Assembly (NCBI GenBank): GCA_964618905.1
Contig: CAZUDK010000001.1
Coordinates: 92,614 to 156,613, forward strand
Length of the DNA: 64,000 bases
Reading direction: 5' to 3'
Source: an uncultured Candidatus Saccharibacteria bacterium
GTDB taxonomy: Bacteria > Patescibacteriota > Minisyncoccia > Phycocordibacterales > Zambryskibacteraceae
A program made the position numbers and the translations under genes. How positions within the stretch are numbered: the stretch's first letter is position 1; each line of letters begins with the position of its first letter. Shown here piece after piece: positions 27,616-37,349 of the stretch. The notes below the pieces were generated by a model. It made no database searches and was not told where the DNA came from. It saw only the letters and a list, made by a program, of their open reading frames with translations.

Positions 27616-28198
27616 ATGCTTCGATGATATCTTTGTGCACCTTATCTATATCTTGTTCTCCATTTATTTCTAAAAAGTTATAAAAGGGGTCAGCTTTAAA
27701 ATATTCAATGGCCGGCCACACATCCTGTTCAAACCAATTAAGACGCTTATTTATTTTAGATAGTGAACGATCATCTCTTCGTCCTCTGGCTAAAAGCCTC
27801 TCCTCCGCCCATTCTCTTCCGACATTAAGGTAAATTACACTTGGATTCTCTCTTTCATAAAACTTGAAAGCTGTCGAAAGTAGAACCGCTTCAGAGTGAG
27901 CCCTTGGAGCGCCATCGAACACCAGATGCATGTCCGGTTCAAGCTCATCAACCAACATACCAGCCCACATATAGCAGGCTAGAAAGTCCGGCTGGCGCGC
28001 ATCAGAATCATATACAGCCTTAGAGAGCTTTGATGAATAGCTTGAGCCTCTTATAAACTGTCTGAACCTATCTCCAGTTTCAATGTAAATAATCTGCTTA
28101 TTATCAAGGTCGCGATCCTTGATATATTTTTTAAAGAGCTCCGCTTGAGTTCCCTTGCCGCACCCTGAACGGCCTATGAATATGACTGTATGAAGCAT
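27599..28198 (-). CDS. adk: adenylate kinase-like P-loop NMP kinase
   Basis: Walker A GRSGCGKGTQ, TGDRFR, VFDGAPR and RGRRDD motifs; position after secY. Divergent, and lacks an obvious zinc LID. Confidence 0.7.
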   Translation of the reverse strand: MLHTVIFIGRSGCGKGTQAELFKKYIKDRDLDNKQIIYIETGDRFRQFIRGSSYSSKLSKAVYDSDARQPDFLACYMWAGMLVDELEPDMHLVFDGAPRAHSEAVLLSTAFKFYERENPSVIYLNVGREWAEERLLARGRRDDRSLSKINKRLNWFEQDVWPAIEYFKADPFYNFLEINGEQDIDKVHKDIIEAYEHKT

Positions 28199-28262
28199 AT
28201 TAGAATAAGGAATTACAAATTAAGAATAACATAATTCCCTACTCTTGCTCTGCCTCTATATC

Positions 28263-29534
28263 TTAGTACTCTCTTACGCTGGCTTGAGCGTCGATTCTTT
28301 TGACAATGTCTATAACGACAGATACGACAATCAACAGAGCTGTACCTCCTATAGCTAGGGATTGAATGCCGGTTATAGACCTCAGCAAGAGAGGCAGTAC
28401 TGCAATAAAACCGAGGAACAGAGCACCAAAGAAAGTCAGACGGGTAACAATCTTTGATATGTACTCCATAGTAGATTGTCCGGGACGAACTCCGGGTATG
28501 AAAGCTCCGCTCTTTTGGAGATTGGATGACACGGATTCAGGATCAAAAGTAACTGCCGTATAGAAATATGTAAATAGGAAAACAAAGAAGAAATAGAGCA
28601 AAGCATATACCCATTGGTTAGCAAGAACAGCTAAGATACTGCTTGAGATGCTTGCCACTGAAGTTAGTGATGATTTGGCCAAGAACTCCAAGATCATCTG
28701 AGGAAACAGCAAGATAGAAAGAGCAAAGATGATCGGAATAACGCCGGCCTGATTAACTTTGATAGGCAGATAAGTCTGAAGACCGCCATAAGATCTTCCT
28801 CCTCTAACCTGTTTTGCATAAGTGATTGGCACCGGCCTTTCGGCTTCATTAATAACCACCACTCCATAAGTTACAAGAAGAGCTGCTACGAAGGCTGCTG
28901 CATAAACCGGCACGAGCTGAGGTTGGAAAGTGAAAACAAGCTGTGAAATAGAGGTAGGCAAAGCAGAGATTATGCCGGCGAAAATTATCAAAGATACACC
29001 ATTACCTACGCCGAATTCGGAAATCAGCTCTCCGACCCACATCAGCAATATTGAGCCGGCTACAATAACCAAGACATCTATGGCCATATCACTAAGAGAC
29101 ATTGGAGGAAGGACGTTTTGTCCTTGCAGGAGTACTATAAAGGCATATCCCTGAATAACAGCTAAAGGCACTGTCAGAAGTCTTGAATACTGGGCAAAAG
29201 TACGCCTACCAGCATCTCCTTCCTCCTGATATAAAGCTTTGAGCTTAGGAGACATGATGGTCAGAAGTTGCATCACAATAGAGGCCGTTATATAAGGGCC
29301 TACTCCAAGCATGACTATAGAAAGATTAGACAGTCCGCCACCGGAGAAAATATTAAGAAGAGAGAGGAACTGGCTGCCAGAGAAAAGGCTCTGAAGTCTT
29401 AAAGTGTCTATGCCTGGTACAGGAATAGCGGCAAGCACCCTTGTTATTACAAGGAGTCCAAGAGTTATAAGAATGCGATTGCGCAGTGCGGTATCGCTGA
29501 ATATAAGACGCAGCCTTTGGATAAAATTACTCAT
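28263..29534 (-). CDS. secY: preprotein translocase subunit SecY
   Basis: 423 aa with 10 TM segments and conserved SecY N-terminal and plug regions. Confidence 0.95.
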   Translation of the reverse strand: MSNFIQRLRLIFSDTALRNRILITLGLLVITRVLAAIPVPGIDTLRLQSLFSGSQFLSLLNIFSGGGLSNLSIVMLGVGPYITASIVMQLLTIMSPKLKALYQEEGDAGRRTFAQYSRLLTVPLAVIQGYAFIVLLQGQNVLPPMSLSDMAIDVLVIVAGSILLMWVGELISEFGVGNGVSLIIFAGIISALPTSISQLVFTFQPQLVPVYAAAFVAALLVTYGVVVINEAERPVPITYAKQVRGGRSYGGLQTYLPIKVNQAGVIPIIFALSILLFPQMILEFLAKSSLTSVASISSSILAVLANQWVYALLYFFFVFLFTYFYTAVTFDPESVSSNLQKSGAFIPGVRPGQSTMEYISKIVTRLTFFGALFLGFIAVLPLLLRSITGIQSLAIGGTALLIVVSVVIDIVKRIDAQASVREY

Positions 29535-29814
29535 CTGACTCTTTGGAGCCTCTATTAGCTTTCTTATCTGCTAAATGCTTTTTAAGCGCAGCTCCTGAAA
29601 GCTTTGTGCGCCTTGATTTAAGAGAGTTGATTCCCCTACCTCGAAGCTTAGGCACTTTCTTGATGAGGTCTCGAAGCTCAGGTCGTTTTTTGCGTCCAGC
29701 TCTGGCGTTCTGACCTTTGGTTCCTCGGCCAGCAGTTTTGCCTCGCTTTCCCCCTCGTCCTACTTGCCTGGACTTGGTTCTTGATGTATTCGGTTTGAGA
29801 GTATGGAATTGCAT
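29527..29814 (-). CDS. rplO: 50S ribosomal protein L15 (short form, 95 aa)
   Basis: N-terminal 60 aa match L15 (HTLKP..RVGRGG..GKTAGRGTKGQNARAG); the C-terminal globular half is absent and secY starts 8 nt inside the ORF end. Confidence 0.75.
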   Translation of the reverse strand: MQFHTLKPNTSRTKSRQVGRGGKRGKTAGRGTKGQNARAGRKKRPELRDLIKKVPKLRGRGINSLKSRRTKLSGAALKKHLADKKANRGSKESDE

Positions 29815-29838
29815 GTTATTTATAATGAAATTGTCTGA

Positions 29839-30423
29839 TTATTTCTCTTTTATTTCAAGACCATCAAGCTTTTTAAGTGCCTTTATAGCGGCATAAGCGT
29901 TATTGACGCTGTTCTTACTCCTGGATAAAAGCTTTGCTCCTACTCCATGCATGCCAGCGAGTTCAAGCACTACTCTGACAGAGCTTCCGGCTAAAATACC
30001 CTTGCCTTTAGCAGGCATGATCTTAACATCCGAAGAAGCAAACTTGGCTTCCACCTCATGAGGAATAGACATGTCTTTGGTCAGATTGACACTTATCATG
30101 TTTTTCTTGGCATCTCTGAAAGCCTTGTCTATTGCAAGCGGAGTATCCGAAGCTTTACCTTGACCGACACCAACCTTACCCTTCCTGTTACCAGCAACTA
30201 CCGCAACAGAGAAGCTGAATCGCCTTCCTCCTGCCACCACTCTGGTAACTCTGCGAAGGCTAATGATCTTTTGATCGAACTCAGGCTTAACACGCGTATC
30301 CCTTGAAGATCTTCTTCTATTCCTTGGTCCTCGAGATGAAGCAAAAGGCTTATTAGCCGTAGCTGTAGTCTCTGCCGACTTCTCATTTCCGTTTATTTTT
30401 TCTGCTGTTTTTGCTTCTTCCAT
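29839..30423 (-). CDS. rpsE: 30S ribosomal protein S5
   Basis: RVTRVVAGGRRFSFSVAVVAGNRKGKVGVGQGKA matches the S5 core; Lys/Arg-rich N-terminal extension. Confidence 0.9.
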   Translation of the reverse strand: MEEAKTAEKINGNEKSAETTATANKPFASSRGPRNRRRSSRDTRVKPEFDQKIISLRRVTRVVAGGRRFSFSVAVVAGNRKGKVGVGQGKASDTPLAIDKAFRDAKKNMISVNLTKDMSIPHEVEAKFASSDVKIMPAKGKGILAGSSVRVVLELAGMHGVGAKLLSRSKNSVNNAYAAIKALKKLDGLEIKEK

Positions 30424-30431
30424 AACTTATA

Positions 30432-30755
30432 TTAAAACTTTAATCCAGCCTCCCTGGCACTATCAGCCAGAGCTTTGACCCTACCTGTATAAACATAACC
30501 ACCTCTGTCGAACACTGCTTTGTCTATTTTCTTGGCAAGGGCAGCTTTTGCAAGACTCTCTCCAAGCTTCTTTGGATCCTTATCTTTAGCAGATGCAATA
30601 GTTGTTCCGGTATTGTCATCTATAAGCTGAGCGAACATACCTTTGTTCGACTTGAAAACAGACAATCTAGGCACATCATGAGTACCAGATATTTTAGCGC
30701 GTATTTTAGCGCGTCTTCTGTCTCTCTTTATACTTTTGTTATTAGCAGTATTCAT
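30432..30755 (-). CDS. rplR: 50S ribosomal protein L18
   Basis: Sequence and position between L6 and S5. Confidence 0.85.
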   Translation of the reverse strand: MNTANNKSIKRDRRRAKIRAKISGTHDVPRLSVFKSNKGMFAQLIDDNTGTTIASAKDKDPKKLGESLAKAALAKKIDKAVFDRGGYVYTGRVKALADSAREAGLKF

Positions 30756-30762
30756 ATTTCAC

Positions 30763-31314
30763 TTATATTGATTTCTTACCCTGCTTGCGCCTTATTATTT
30801 CATCATCATAGCGGATACCTTTGCCTTTGTAAGGTTCCGGCTTTTTCATGGACCTGACTTTTGCAGCAAAGCTGCCTACACCCTCCTTGTTTATACCAGA
30901 AACAGTTATTACGTTTTTCTCTGCTTTGACACTGAGACCCTCAGGAATTTTAACTATGACCGGATGAGAGAAGCCAAGCGACATCACCAACTCTTCTCCA
31001 TTTCCTGAAGAAGCAGGCTTAACTTCTGACTTAAAACCAATTCCTTCAACAATAAGCTTTTTCTCAAAAGGCTTGTTGACGCCGGCAATCATATTGGAAA
31101 TATGGGATGCGAATGTTCCCCACAAAGCTCTCGCTTCAATACTGTCTTTCTTAGGATGAACAGTAACATCTCTATCCTCTATCTTTACTTCTACCAGAGG
31201 ATGAAGCTTTCTTGTGATCTCTCCCTCAGGACCTTTGATGGATACGGAACCGTCCGAGACTTTTATCTCGGTCTTCTCCGGAAGAGTCATAATTTGTTTT
31301 CCTATTCTTGACAT
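30763..31314 (-). CDS. rplF: 50S ribosomal protein L6
   Basis: MSRIGKQIMTLPE... two-domain L6. Confidence 0.9.
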   Translation of the reverse strand: MSRIGKQIMTLPEKTEIKVSDGSVSIKGPEGEITRKLHPLVEVKIEDRDVTVHPKKDSIEARALWGTFASHISNMIAGVNKPFEKKLIVEGIGFKSEVKPASSGNGEELVMSLGFSHPVIVKIPEGLSVKAEKNVITVSGINKEGVGSFAAKVRSMKKPEPYKGKGIRYDDEIIRRKQGKKSI

Positions 31315-31344
31315 GAAAGTTTTTAAATCTGAAGACTGGAATAT

Positions 31345-31743
31345 TTACCAAATAGATAAGAGAGCTTCGCCTCCGACTCCAGCTTTCTTTGCATCCTTGC
31401 CGGACATAACACCCTTAGGGGTGGTCATAACAATTGTGCCGTAACCACCTTTTATCTGTCTGATCTCTCCAGCTTTTTTGTATACCCTCTTGGATAGCTT
31501 TGATATTCTCTTGGCTTCGCGGATCTTAGGTTTGTGATTATTTATGATTACTCCAATTACAAGCGTCTTCTTGCCCTTTAGAGTCTTAACTTCAACCTCT
31601 CCTATGAATCCCTCAGCTTTTAGAACTTTAGCAATATCTTCCTTTATCTTTGAATAAGGAATAGAAACGCTCGAAAGTCCGGCGTTGCCGGCATTTTTCA
31701 AAGCTGTCAGCATGTCTGCGATAGGATCCATAATTCTTACCAA
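31345..31743 (-). CDS. rpsH: 30S ribosomal protein S8
   Basis: [14 protein letters not shown]...[25 protein letters not shown]. Confidence 0.9.
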   Translation of the reverse strand: MVRIMDPIADMLTALKNAGNAGLSSVSIPYSKIKEDIAKVLKAEGFIGEVEVKTLKGKKTLVIGVIINNHKPKIREAKRISKLSKRVYKKAGEIRQIKGGYGTIVMTTPKGVMSGKDAKKAGVGGEALLSIW

Positions 31744-31922
31744 GAAGATTTCTTAACACCTGGAATCTTGCCCTCATTAGCAAGTTCTCGGAAACAAATA
31801 CGGCAAAGATCGAAATCTCTCATATATCCGCGCTTGCGTCCGCATTTGAAGCATCGGTTAACAGCCCTTGTAGGAAACTTGGGCTTCTTCTTCGAACGTG
31901 CTATTACAGATATTTTTGCCAT
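31737..31922 (-). CDS. rpsN: 30S ribosomal protein S14 type Z (zinc-binding)
   Basis: 61 aa, CFKCGR...CRIC Cys4 motif. Confidence 0.9.
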   Translation of the reverse strand: MAKISVIARSKKKPKFPTRAVNRCFKCGRKRGYMRDFDLCRICFRELANEGKIPGVKKSSW

Positions 31923-32110
31923 AAACCCTAATAAATTTTCTTTTAGTTAATCTAACTTGTACTTACTCTCGTATACCCTCCTTACTATAAATCCGCTTAG
32001 ATTTAAGGCGAGGAAAAAATTTACGAGGGTAAATTAAATAAGAGGCCTTTAAAGCCGTGCGGACAGCTTAACATAAGGGTTTTCCATATTCAAGAGCTAT
32101 ACTACTAGCC

Positions 32111-32317
32111 TTAATCAGTGAGATTCTCTTCGAGCCTCCTTACCCTTTCCTCGAGGGTATGAAGCTTGTCGTCGTCCTCCTTATGATGGCGAAACCACCT
32201 CTTAAGCTGGGGCCAGATGAGTGCTCCGACAAGGATGTCGAAGATAAGGATGATGAATAGCTCGAATTGCCAATGAGCCAGGTCAGTGACAAGAGTCCAA
32301 AAGGTCTCGTGCTCCAT
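32111..32317 (-). CDS. small single-TM protein inserted between rplE and rpsN (possibly PspB-like coiled-coil tail)
   Basis: 68 aa; N-terminal TM helix then EERVRRLEENL; gene GC clearly above the neighbouring r-protein genes; preceded by a 190-bp non-coding gap. Confidence 0.4.
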   Translation of the reverse strand: MEHETFWTLVTDLAHWQFELFIILIFDILVGALIWPQLKRWFRHHKEDDDKLHTLEERVRRLEENLTD

Positions 32318-32331
32318 TGTGCTATTTTACC

Positions 32332-32865
32332 CTATTTCTTGAACGGGAAACCGAGGTGGTTTAGGAGAGCAAGCAGTTCTTTCTTGGTCTTGGCGGTCGT
32401 TACAATTGTTATTGCCATTCCGAAGACATCCTTGAGCTCCTCGTCTGAAGTTTCAGGAAAGATAGTGTGCTCTTTGATGCCTAGAGTATAATTTCCCATT
32501 TCATCCGCAGCATCAGGAGAAATACCTCTGAAGTCCTTAGTTCTAGGAAGTGCGATGTTTATGAGTCTGTCCAGAAAATCATACATTCTCTTCCCTCTCA
32601 AAGTAACTTGGTAACCGACAATATCTCCCTGGCGGGTTTTAAAGTTGGCTACAGACTTCTTAGCTGGTCGGCCGGAAGGTTTTTGACCCGTAATCTTAGA
32701 CATGCGGTCTTCTACGATGCTGAGCTTATTCTTATCCTTGAAAGAACCTGTACCAGAAGAAACTACAACCTTCAATATCTTCGGAGCTTGCATCCTGTTC
32801 TTGTATCCTTGCTCTTCCTTCAAAGCATCGAATGACTTGTTTGATTTTTCTTTTAAAGTTTCCAT
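32332..32865 (-). CDS. rplE: 50S ribosomal protein L5
   Basis: Sequence and position. Confidence 0.9.
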   Translation of the reverse strand: METLKEKSNKSFDALKEEQGYKNRMQAPKILKVVVSSGTGSFKDKNKLSIVEDRMSKITGQKPSGRPAKKSVANFKTRQGDIVGYQVTLRGKRMYDFLDRLINIALPRTKDFRGISPDAADEMGNYTLGIKEHTIFPETSDEELKDVFGMAITIVTTAKTKKELLALLNHLGFPFKK

Positions 32866-32884
32866 AACATTTTCAACTTAGAAT

Positions 32885-33163
32885 CTATGACTTACTACCA
32901 GCAACTTTCTTTGAATTTTTCTTTTTGTCTGTTGTCGGTTGCTTGCTGTCGGCTAATTTAACGTTTGATACGTGAATTGGGAAGAATTTCTCCACCACCT
33001 GTCCTTGCCCTTCGCTTCTTGTAGCTTTCTGGTGAACCTTCTTGGCATTTACACCTTCCACAAGGACTTTATCCATGCGCGGAAAAGCCTTCAGAATCTT
33101 TCCTTTCTTGCCTTTGTCTTTGCCTGCAAGCACTATTACGTTGTCTCCTTTCTTTACATGCAT
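32885..33163 (-). CDS. rplX: 50S ribosomal protein L24
   Basis: MHVKKGDNVIVLAGKDKGKKGKI KOW motif. Confidence 0.9.
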   Translation of the reverse strand: MHVKKGDNVIVLAGKDKGKKGKILKAFPRMDKVLVEGVNAKKVHQKATRSEGQGQVVEKFFPIHVSNVKLADSKQPTTDKKKNSKKVAGSKS

Positions 33164-33177
33164 AAATATAAATTTAC

Positions 33178-33549
33178 TTATACCACCTCAGGGGCTAGAG
33201 AAATTATCTTCTGAAAACCCTTTTCGCCTATTTCGCGAGGTATAGGGCCGAAAACTCTACCAGCTATAGGCTCCTTCTTGGCATTGTCCAAAATTACCAC
33301 CGCATTCTGGTCAAACCTGACATAAGAACCATCCTTTCTGCGGAATGGAGCGCGCTGGCGAACTATCACACCGAAGAGGACATCCTTTTTCTTGACGCTT
33401 TTTCTTGGTTCCGCTTTTTGAACAGAGAGTACTACGAGGTCCCCTATCCTTGCATAGCGCTTCTTAGAGCTTCCAAGTACTTTGAAAACCCTACCCAGCT
33501 TTGCTCCGGAATTGTCTGCGATATCTACGATGGTTTGTGGCTGAATCAT
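33178..33549 (-). CDS. rplN: 50S ribosomal protein L14
   Basis: MIQPQTIVDIADNSGAK...ISLAPEVV. Confidence 0.95.
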   Translation of the reverse strand: MIQPQTIVDIADNSGAKLGRVFKVLGSSKKRYARIGDLVVLSVQKAEPRKSVKKKDVLFGVIVRQRAPFRRKDGSYVRFDQNAVVILDNAKKEPIAGRVFGPIPREIGEKGFQKIISLAPEVV

Positions 33550-33559
33550 ACTAAGATGC

Positions 33560-33817
33560 TTAAACTACCATAAAATGCTTATCTTTTGAAATAGGCTTGG
33601 TTTCAGTGATCGTTACCTTGTCTCCAATTTTCTTGGTATTACCTGCATCATGCGCCTTAAATTTCTTTTGGATGCGAATATATTTCTTGTATTTCGGATG
33701 CTTTTCGTAGCGCTCAACAAGAACAACCACAGTATCCTTCATCTTGTCGGACACTACAGTACCGGACAAAGTTTTGCCCGCTGATCGCTCTTTAGTTGTT
33801 TTATTTTCCTTTTCCAT
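33560..33817 (-). CDS. rpsQ: 30S ribosomal protein S17
   Basis: KTLSGTVVSDKMKDTVVVLVERYEKHPKYKKY. Confidence 0.9.
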   Translation of the reverse strand: MEKENKTTKERSAGKTLSGTVVSDKMKDTVVVLVERYEKHPKYKKYIRIQKKFKAHDAGNTKKIGDKVTITETKPISKDKHFMVV

Positions 33818-34026
33818 TATTTTTCAGTTAAATTTTCTTTCTTTTGCATAGATACCAGTTCGGTCATAATGCGGGCAACATCTTTCTTAAGATTGTGGCC
33901 ATGCTTTGTGTTGGTAGTCTTAGAGCCGGTTATGCCAAAGCGAAATTTTCTAAGATCCTCTCGCTTTTCCAAGAGAGTCTTGATCAATTCATCCTTATTC
34001 TTATCTTTATAATTTGTCTTTTTCAT
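33817..34026 (-). CDS. rpmC: 50S ribosomal protein L29
   Basis: Size, position and the DVARIMT motif. Confidence 0.8.
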   Translation of the reverse strand: MKKTNYKDKNKDELIKTLLEKREDLRKFRFGITGSKTTNTKHGHNLKKDVARIMTELVSMQKKENLTEK

Positions 34027-34049
34027 GATTCTGCTTAGTGTCTGCTCTT

Positions 34050-34466
34050 TTATCTTGCAACCACCTTGGTCTTAACCGGCAATTTAGTGCCCGCCTTGCG
34101 CAAAGCCTCCTTGGCTACAGCTTCACTGACACCATCGACCTCGAAGAGGATCCTGCCGGCTCTTACAGGAGCCACATAACCTTCAAGATCTCCCTTACCC
34201 TTTCCAAGCTTAACTTCGGCAGGCTTCTTGGTATAAGGCATGTCAGGGAAAATACGTATCCAATATCTGCCGGTCTTGCCTACAGCGCGAGTCAGAGCTT
34301 TTCTTGCAGCTTCTATCTGATTAGATCTAATTCTGGCAGCTTCCATAGACTTAAGTCCATAAGAACCAAAAGCCACAGTAACCCCTCTGGTAGCAGGACC
34401 TACTTTGGAAGGATTCTTCCTCATTGTCTGCCACTTGCGATGTTTTACTTTCTTTGGAAACAGCAT
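34050..34466 (-). CDS. rplP: 50S ribosomal protein L16
   Basis: [13 protein letters not shown]... match to L16. Confidence 0.95.
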   Translation of the reverse strand: MLFPKKVKHRKWQTMRKNPSKVGPATRGVTVAFGSYGLKSMEAARIRSNQIEAARKALTRAVGKTGRYWIRIFPDMPYTKKPAEVKLGKGKGDLEGYVAPVRAGRILFEVDGVSEAVAKEALRKAGTKLPVKTKVVAR

Positions 34467-34491
34467 TTTATTAAAAGTTATTTAGATTTGT

Positions 34492-35166
34492 TTAAAATTT
34501 GCCTGCAGGCTGATCGAAAACATCTCCCTTATAAATCCACACCTTTACTCCAATGGTGCCGTAAGGCATCACAGCTTTAGTTGAAGAATAATCAACGTTT
34601 GCTCTTAGAGTTTGAAGAGGAATTCTGCCGAGTTTTCTATCTTCTGTGCGGCTCATGGTAGCTCCGCCCAGGCGGCCTCCAAGCATGATACGCACGCCTT
34701 CGACATCTCTATTAGCCATTACTTTTTCTATCATCTGCTTGACGACCCTTCTGAAAGGCAGGCGCTTTTCCAAACCCTCAACAACCATCTGACCCACAAT
34801 AGCTGCATTTGATTCCGGAGACTTTATTTCTTTTATATCAAGCTTTACATCTACTGCAGGGTCTAAGAGTTTGTGCTTGGCAAGAAGCTTCTTTATGTCA
34901 GCTCTCAGAACCTCAGCTCCGCCTCCTTGTCTGCCGATGATCATACCCGGCCTTGATGTTGAGATTATTATGCGAAGAGCCTTCTGACTTCTTTCTATCT
35001 CAATATCAGCAACATAAAAACCTTTGAGCTTCTTCTCAAGAAAGTCACGAATAAGCACATCTCCCCTAAGGAATTCTTTGTACTTTTCTTTAGGTGAAAA
35101 CCAGCGAGACTTCCAGTCCCTCAGAATTCCTAACCTATGTGAGTATGGATGTACTGTATGAGTCAT
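34492..35166 (-). CDS. rpsC: 30S ribosomal protein S3
   Basis: KH domain plus S3 C-terminal domain. Confidence 0.95.
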   Translation of the reverse strand: MTHTVHPYSHRLGILRDWKSRWFSPKEKYKEFLRGDVLIRDFLEKKLKGFYVADIEIERSQKALRIIISTSRPGMIIGRQGGGAEVLRADIKKLLAKHKLLDPAVDVKLDIKEIKSPESNAAIVGQMVVEGLEKRLPFRRVVKQMIEKVMANRDVEGVRIMLGGRLGGATMSRTEDRKLGRIPLQTLRANVDYSSTKAVMPYGTIGVKVWIYKGDVFDQPAGKF

Positions 35167-35171
35167 AATGA

Positions 35172-35585
35172 TTATTTAACAGTTTGAGCTTCTTGGTTAT
35201 TATTTTCTTCTGTCTTTACAGTCTTTTTGCTTCTGCTTTTAGCAGGCTTCGGAGCTGCTTCTTCCAGAGTAACACTAATATGGCTTGTTCTTTTCCTTAT
35301 AGGATGAGCCATACCGTGTGAGCGAGGCTGACGCCTGTAAAGAGTTCTGCCTTCGTCTACTTTGATTTCTTTAATCACTAAGCTGTCTGCCGGCATGGAC
35401 ATGTTTTTAGCATTAGCCACTGCGGAAGAAATGAGCTTGCGTATCGGACCTGCTGCTCTTTTGGTTGTGAAAGCGAGCATAGACAATGCATCATTAACTG
35501 ACTTACCTCTTACCAGGTCAGCAACAAGGCGAACCTTTCTAGGAGATTGCCTGTAAGTATTGAGCTGTGCCTTTGCTTCTGCCAT
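35172..35585 (-). CDS. rplV: 50S ribosomal protein L22
   Basis: Sequence and position; acidic C-terminal extension. Confidence 0.9.
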   Translation of the reverse strand: MAEAKAQLNTYRQSPRKVRLVADLVRGKSVNDALSMLAFTTKRAAGPIRKLISSAVANAKNMSMPADSLVIKEIKVDEGRTLYRRQPRSHGMAHPIRKRTSHISVTLEEAAPKPAKSRSKKTVKTEENNNQEAQTVK

Positions 35586-35607
35586 GTTACTTGATTTCTA
35601 TACCAGA

Positions 35608-35949
35608 CTATTTCTTAGAATCTGTTGATGCTTTAGCAGCTCTAGCAGCTGAAATCTCAGCTTCTTTCTTCTTCTGCTCAAGCTCTTTCTGCATCTTACC
35701 ACCGTGCTTTATGAATTTGCGGGTGGGAGAAAACTCGCCCAAACGGTGGCCAACCATATCTTCAGTAACAAAAACTTCTATATGATCCTTGCCATTGTGA
35801 ACACCAAAAGTAAATCCAAGCATTTCTGGAGAAATTTGGCATGCCCTCGACCATGTCTTAATAACTCCGGCTGTCTGCGGAGTTTTACTCTCGATTTTCT
35901 TTAAAATTCGAGGATCGACATATGGACCTTTTCTTGATGAACGAGTCAT
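35608..35949 (-). CDS. rpsS: 30S ribosomal protein S19
   Basis: [14 protein letters not shown]...[23 protein letters not shown]; Lys-rich C-terminal extension. Confidence 0.95.
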   Translation of the reverse strand: MTRSSRKGPYVDPRILKKIESKTPQTAGVIKTWSRACQISPEMLGFTFGVHNGKDHIEVFVTEDMVGHRLGEFSPTRKFIKHGGKMQKELEQKKKEAEISAARAAKASTDSKK

Positions 35950-36084
35950 TAATATGCGTATTTAGAAAACAAAAAGCGTCAAGCGCTTGTGCGAGATATA
36001 GTATAGAAAATAAGGTTTTAAGTCAAATAGGACTTTGGTATAATTTTATGCAGGTATTAAATTTATTATTTTCATTTAAGCATT

Positions 36085-37053
36085 ATGATTCCACTAGCAA
36101 TAGCATTATTAGTAGCAGTAGGCGGCGGCGCCACAGTGGCAGTCTCAGACAGCGCACAGCCAGGAGACTTGCTCTTTCCCGTAGACCAGGCGGTAGAAAA
36201 AATACGCATATCTACAGCCATCGGGGAAGATAAAAAGGATGAACTGAGGGTAAAATTCGCCACAGAGCGCGTCAAAGAATTCGAAGATATTCTTGGAGAG
36301 GAAGCAGAAGAGAAAGACATAGAGGAAACTGAGGATACAGAAGAGTCTGAAGCGGAAAATGAAGCCGAAGAGCCTGCTGAAGACGAAAGTAATGTCCGCA
36401 TTGAGTCTTCCCTTGAAAATGCATTTGCGGCTCTCTCTGAAGTATCAGCCAAGCTTGAAGCCAAAGGCAACATAGAGGCCCAGCAAGCAGTTGAAGTTGC
36501 TATGGAAAGATTGCTCTCGAACGTAGACGATCTTCCGGCTCAAGTAAAAGCGCGCGTCGAAGTGGAAGACGAGGGCAATGAATCAGAAGTGAGGCTTAAG
36601 GCCAAATCAGCCGACGGCGGGAAAATTATAGAATTCAGGCATGAGATAGATGATGACGGCGATGAAAAGCTTGAACTCAGAGAAAATGGAGTACGCACCA
36701 GGATAGAGAATAAAGACGGAGAGATACGCATCCGTACGCAGGAAGATAACAGCGGATCCGGAAAAGCTGATGAGAATGAGATCAAGGATCAGGACGAAGA
36801 TGTGGAGGCAGACGAAGCGGAAATAGAGGATGAAGATAGGGATGACGAGCAAGGAGAAGTAAGCTTAATCGAAGTAGAGGCAGAAGCGGAAGATGGTGAA
36901 ACTGAAGTGAGAATAAAGCTTGAAGGCCAAGAAGACGATCAATATGTAAGCGAAGCAACTACGCGAGAAGCCGTGGCTTCCGAAGTGGCGCAACGCCTTA
37001 ACCTTCCTATAGAGGAGATAGACGCGGTGCTAGACTTTGAAGTCAAGAATTAA
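36085..37053 (+). CDS. secreted, highly acidic protein (DUF5667-like N-terminus PGDLLFPVDQAVEKIR)
   Basis: Signal peptide/TM, then ~300 aa of extreme D/E content; internal antisense ORFs are low-complexity artefacts. Confidence 0.5.
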   Translation: MIPLAIALLVAVGGGATVAVSDSAQPGDLLFPVDQAVEKIRISTAIGEDKKDELRVKFATERVKEFEDILGEEAEEKDIEETEDTEESEAENEAEEPAEDESNVRIESSLENAFAALSEVSAKLEAKGNIEAQQAVEVAMERLLSNVDDLPAQVKARVEVEDEGNESEVRLKAKSADGGKIIEFRHEIDDDGDEKLELRENGVRTRIENKDGEIRIRTQEDNSGSGKADENEIKDQDEDVEADEAEIEDEDRDDEQGEVSLIEVEAEAEDGETEVRIKLEGQEDDQYVSEATTREAVASEVAQRLNLPIEEIDAVLDFEVKN

Positions 37054-37075
37054 CACTTCTCTATAAGATTTCGCA

Positions 37076-37118
37076 GGATAAAGGGCCCAGCAGCTATTAA
37101 CTGCTGGGCCCTTTATCC
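37076..37118. terminator. long perfect hairpin (18-bp stem), likely bidirectional terminator
   Basis: GGATAAAGGGCCCAGCAG-CTATTAA-CTGCTGGGCCCTTTATCC. Confidence 0.5.
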
Positions 37119-37349
37119 TCTGCTCGCGCCGCCTTTCGGCTCGCTCGCTCGCCTGCTCCTCCTGAGCAGTCATTTTGCCCTCCTGGGCTAGAAGTGAAAT
37201 AACTAGGTAGGCAAATGCCTATCCTCTTCATTTTTATAATATATTATTAATTTTGTCAAGCATTACTTTAGAAAATTCAGATGCGCAAAAGGCCCCAGTA
37301 GGGGCCTTCTGCAAAGAACAGCTAAGGTATTATCTAGCTGAAATACCTA

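Noticed and set aside
36072-36852. Minus-strand ORFs overlapping the acidic-protein gene
   Set aside because: Antisense reading of GAA/GAT-rich repeats gives Ser/Phe-rich pseudo-ORFs; these are artefacts
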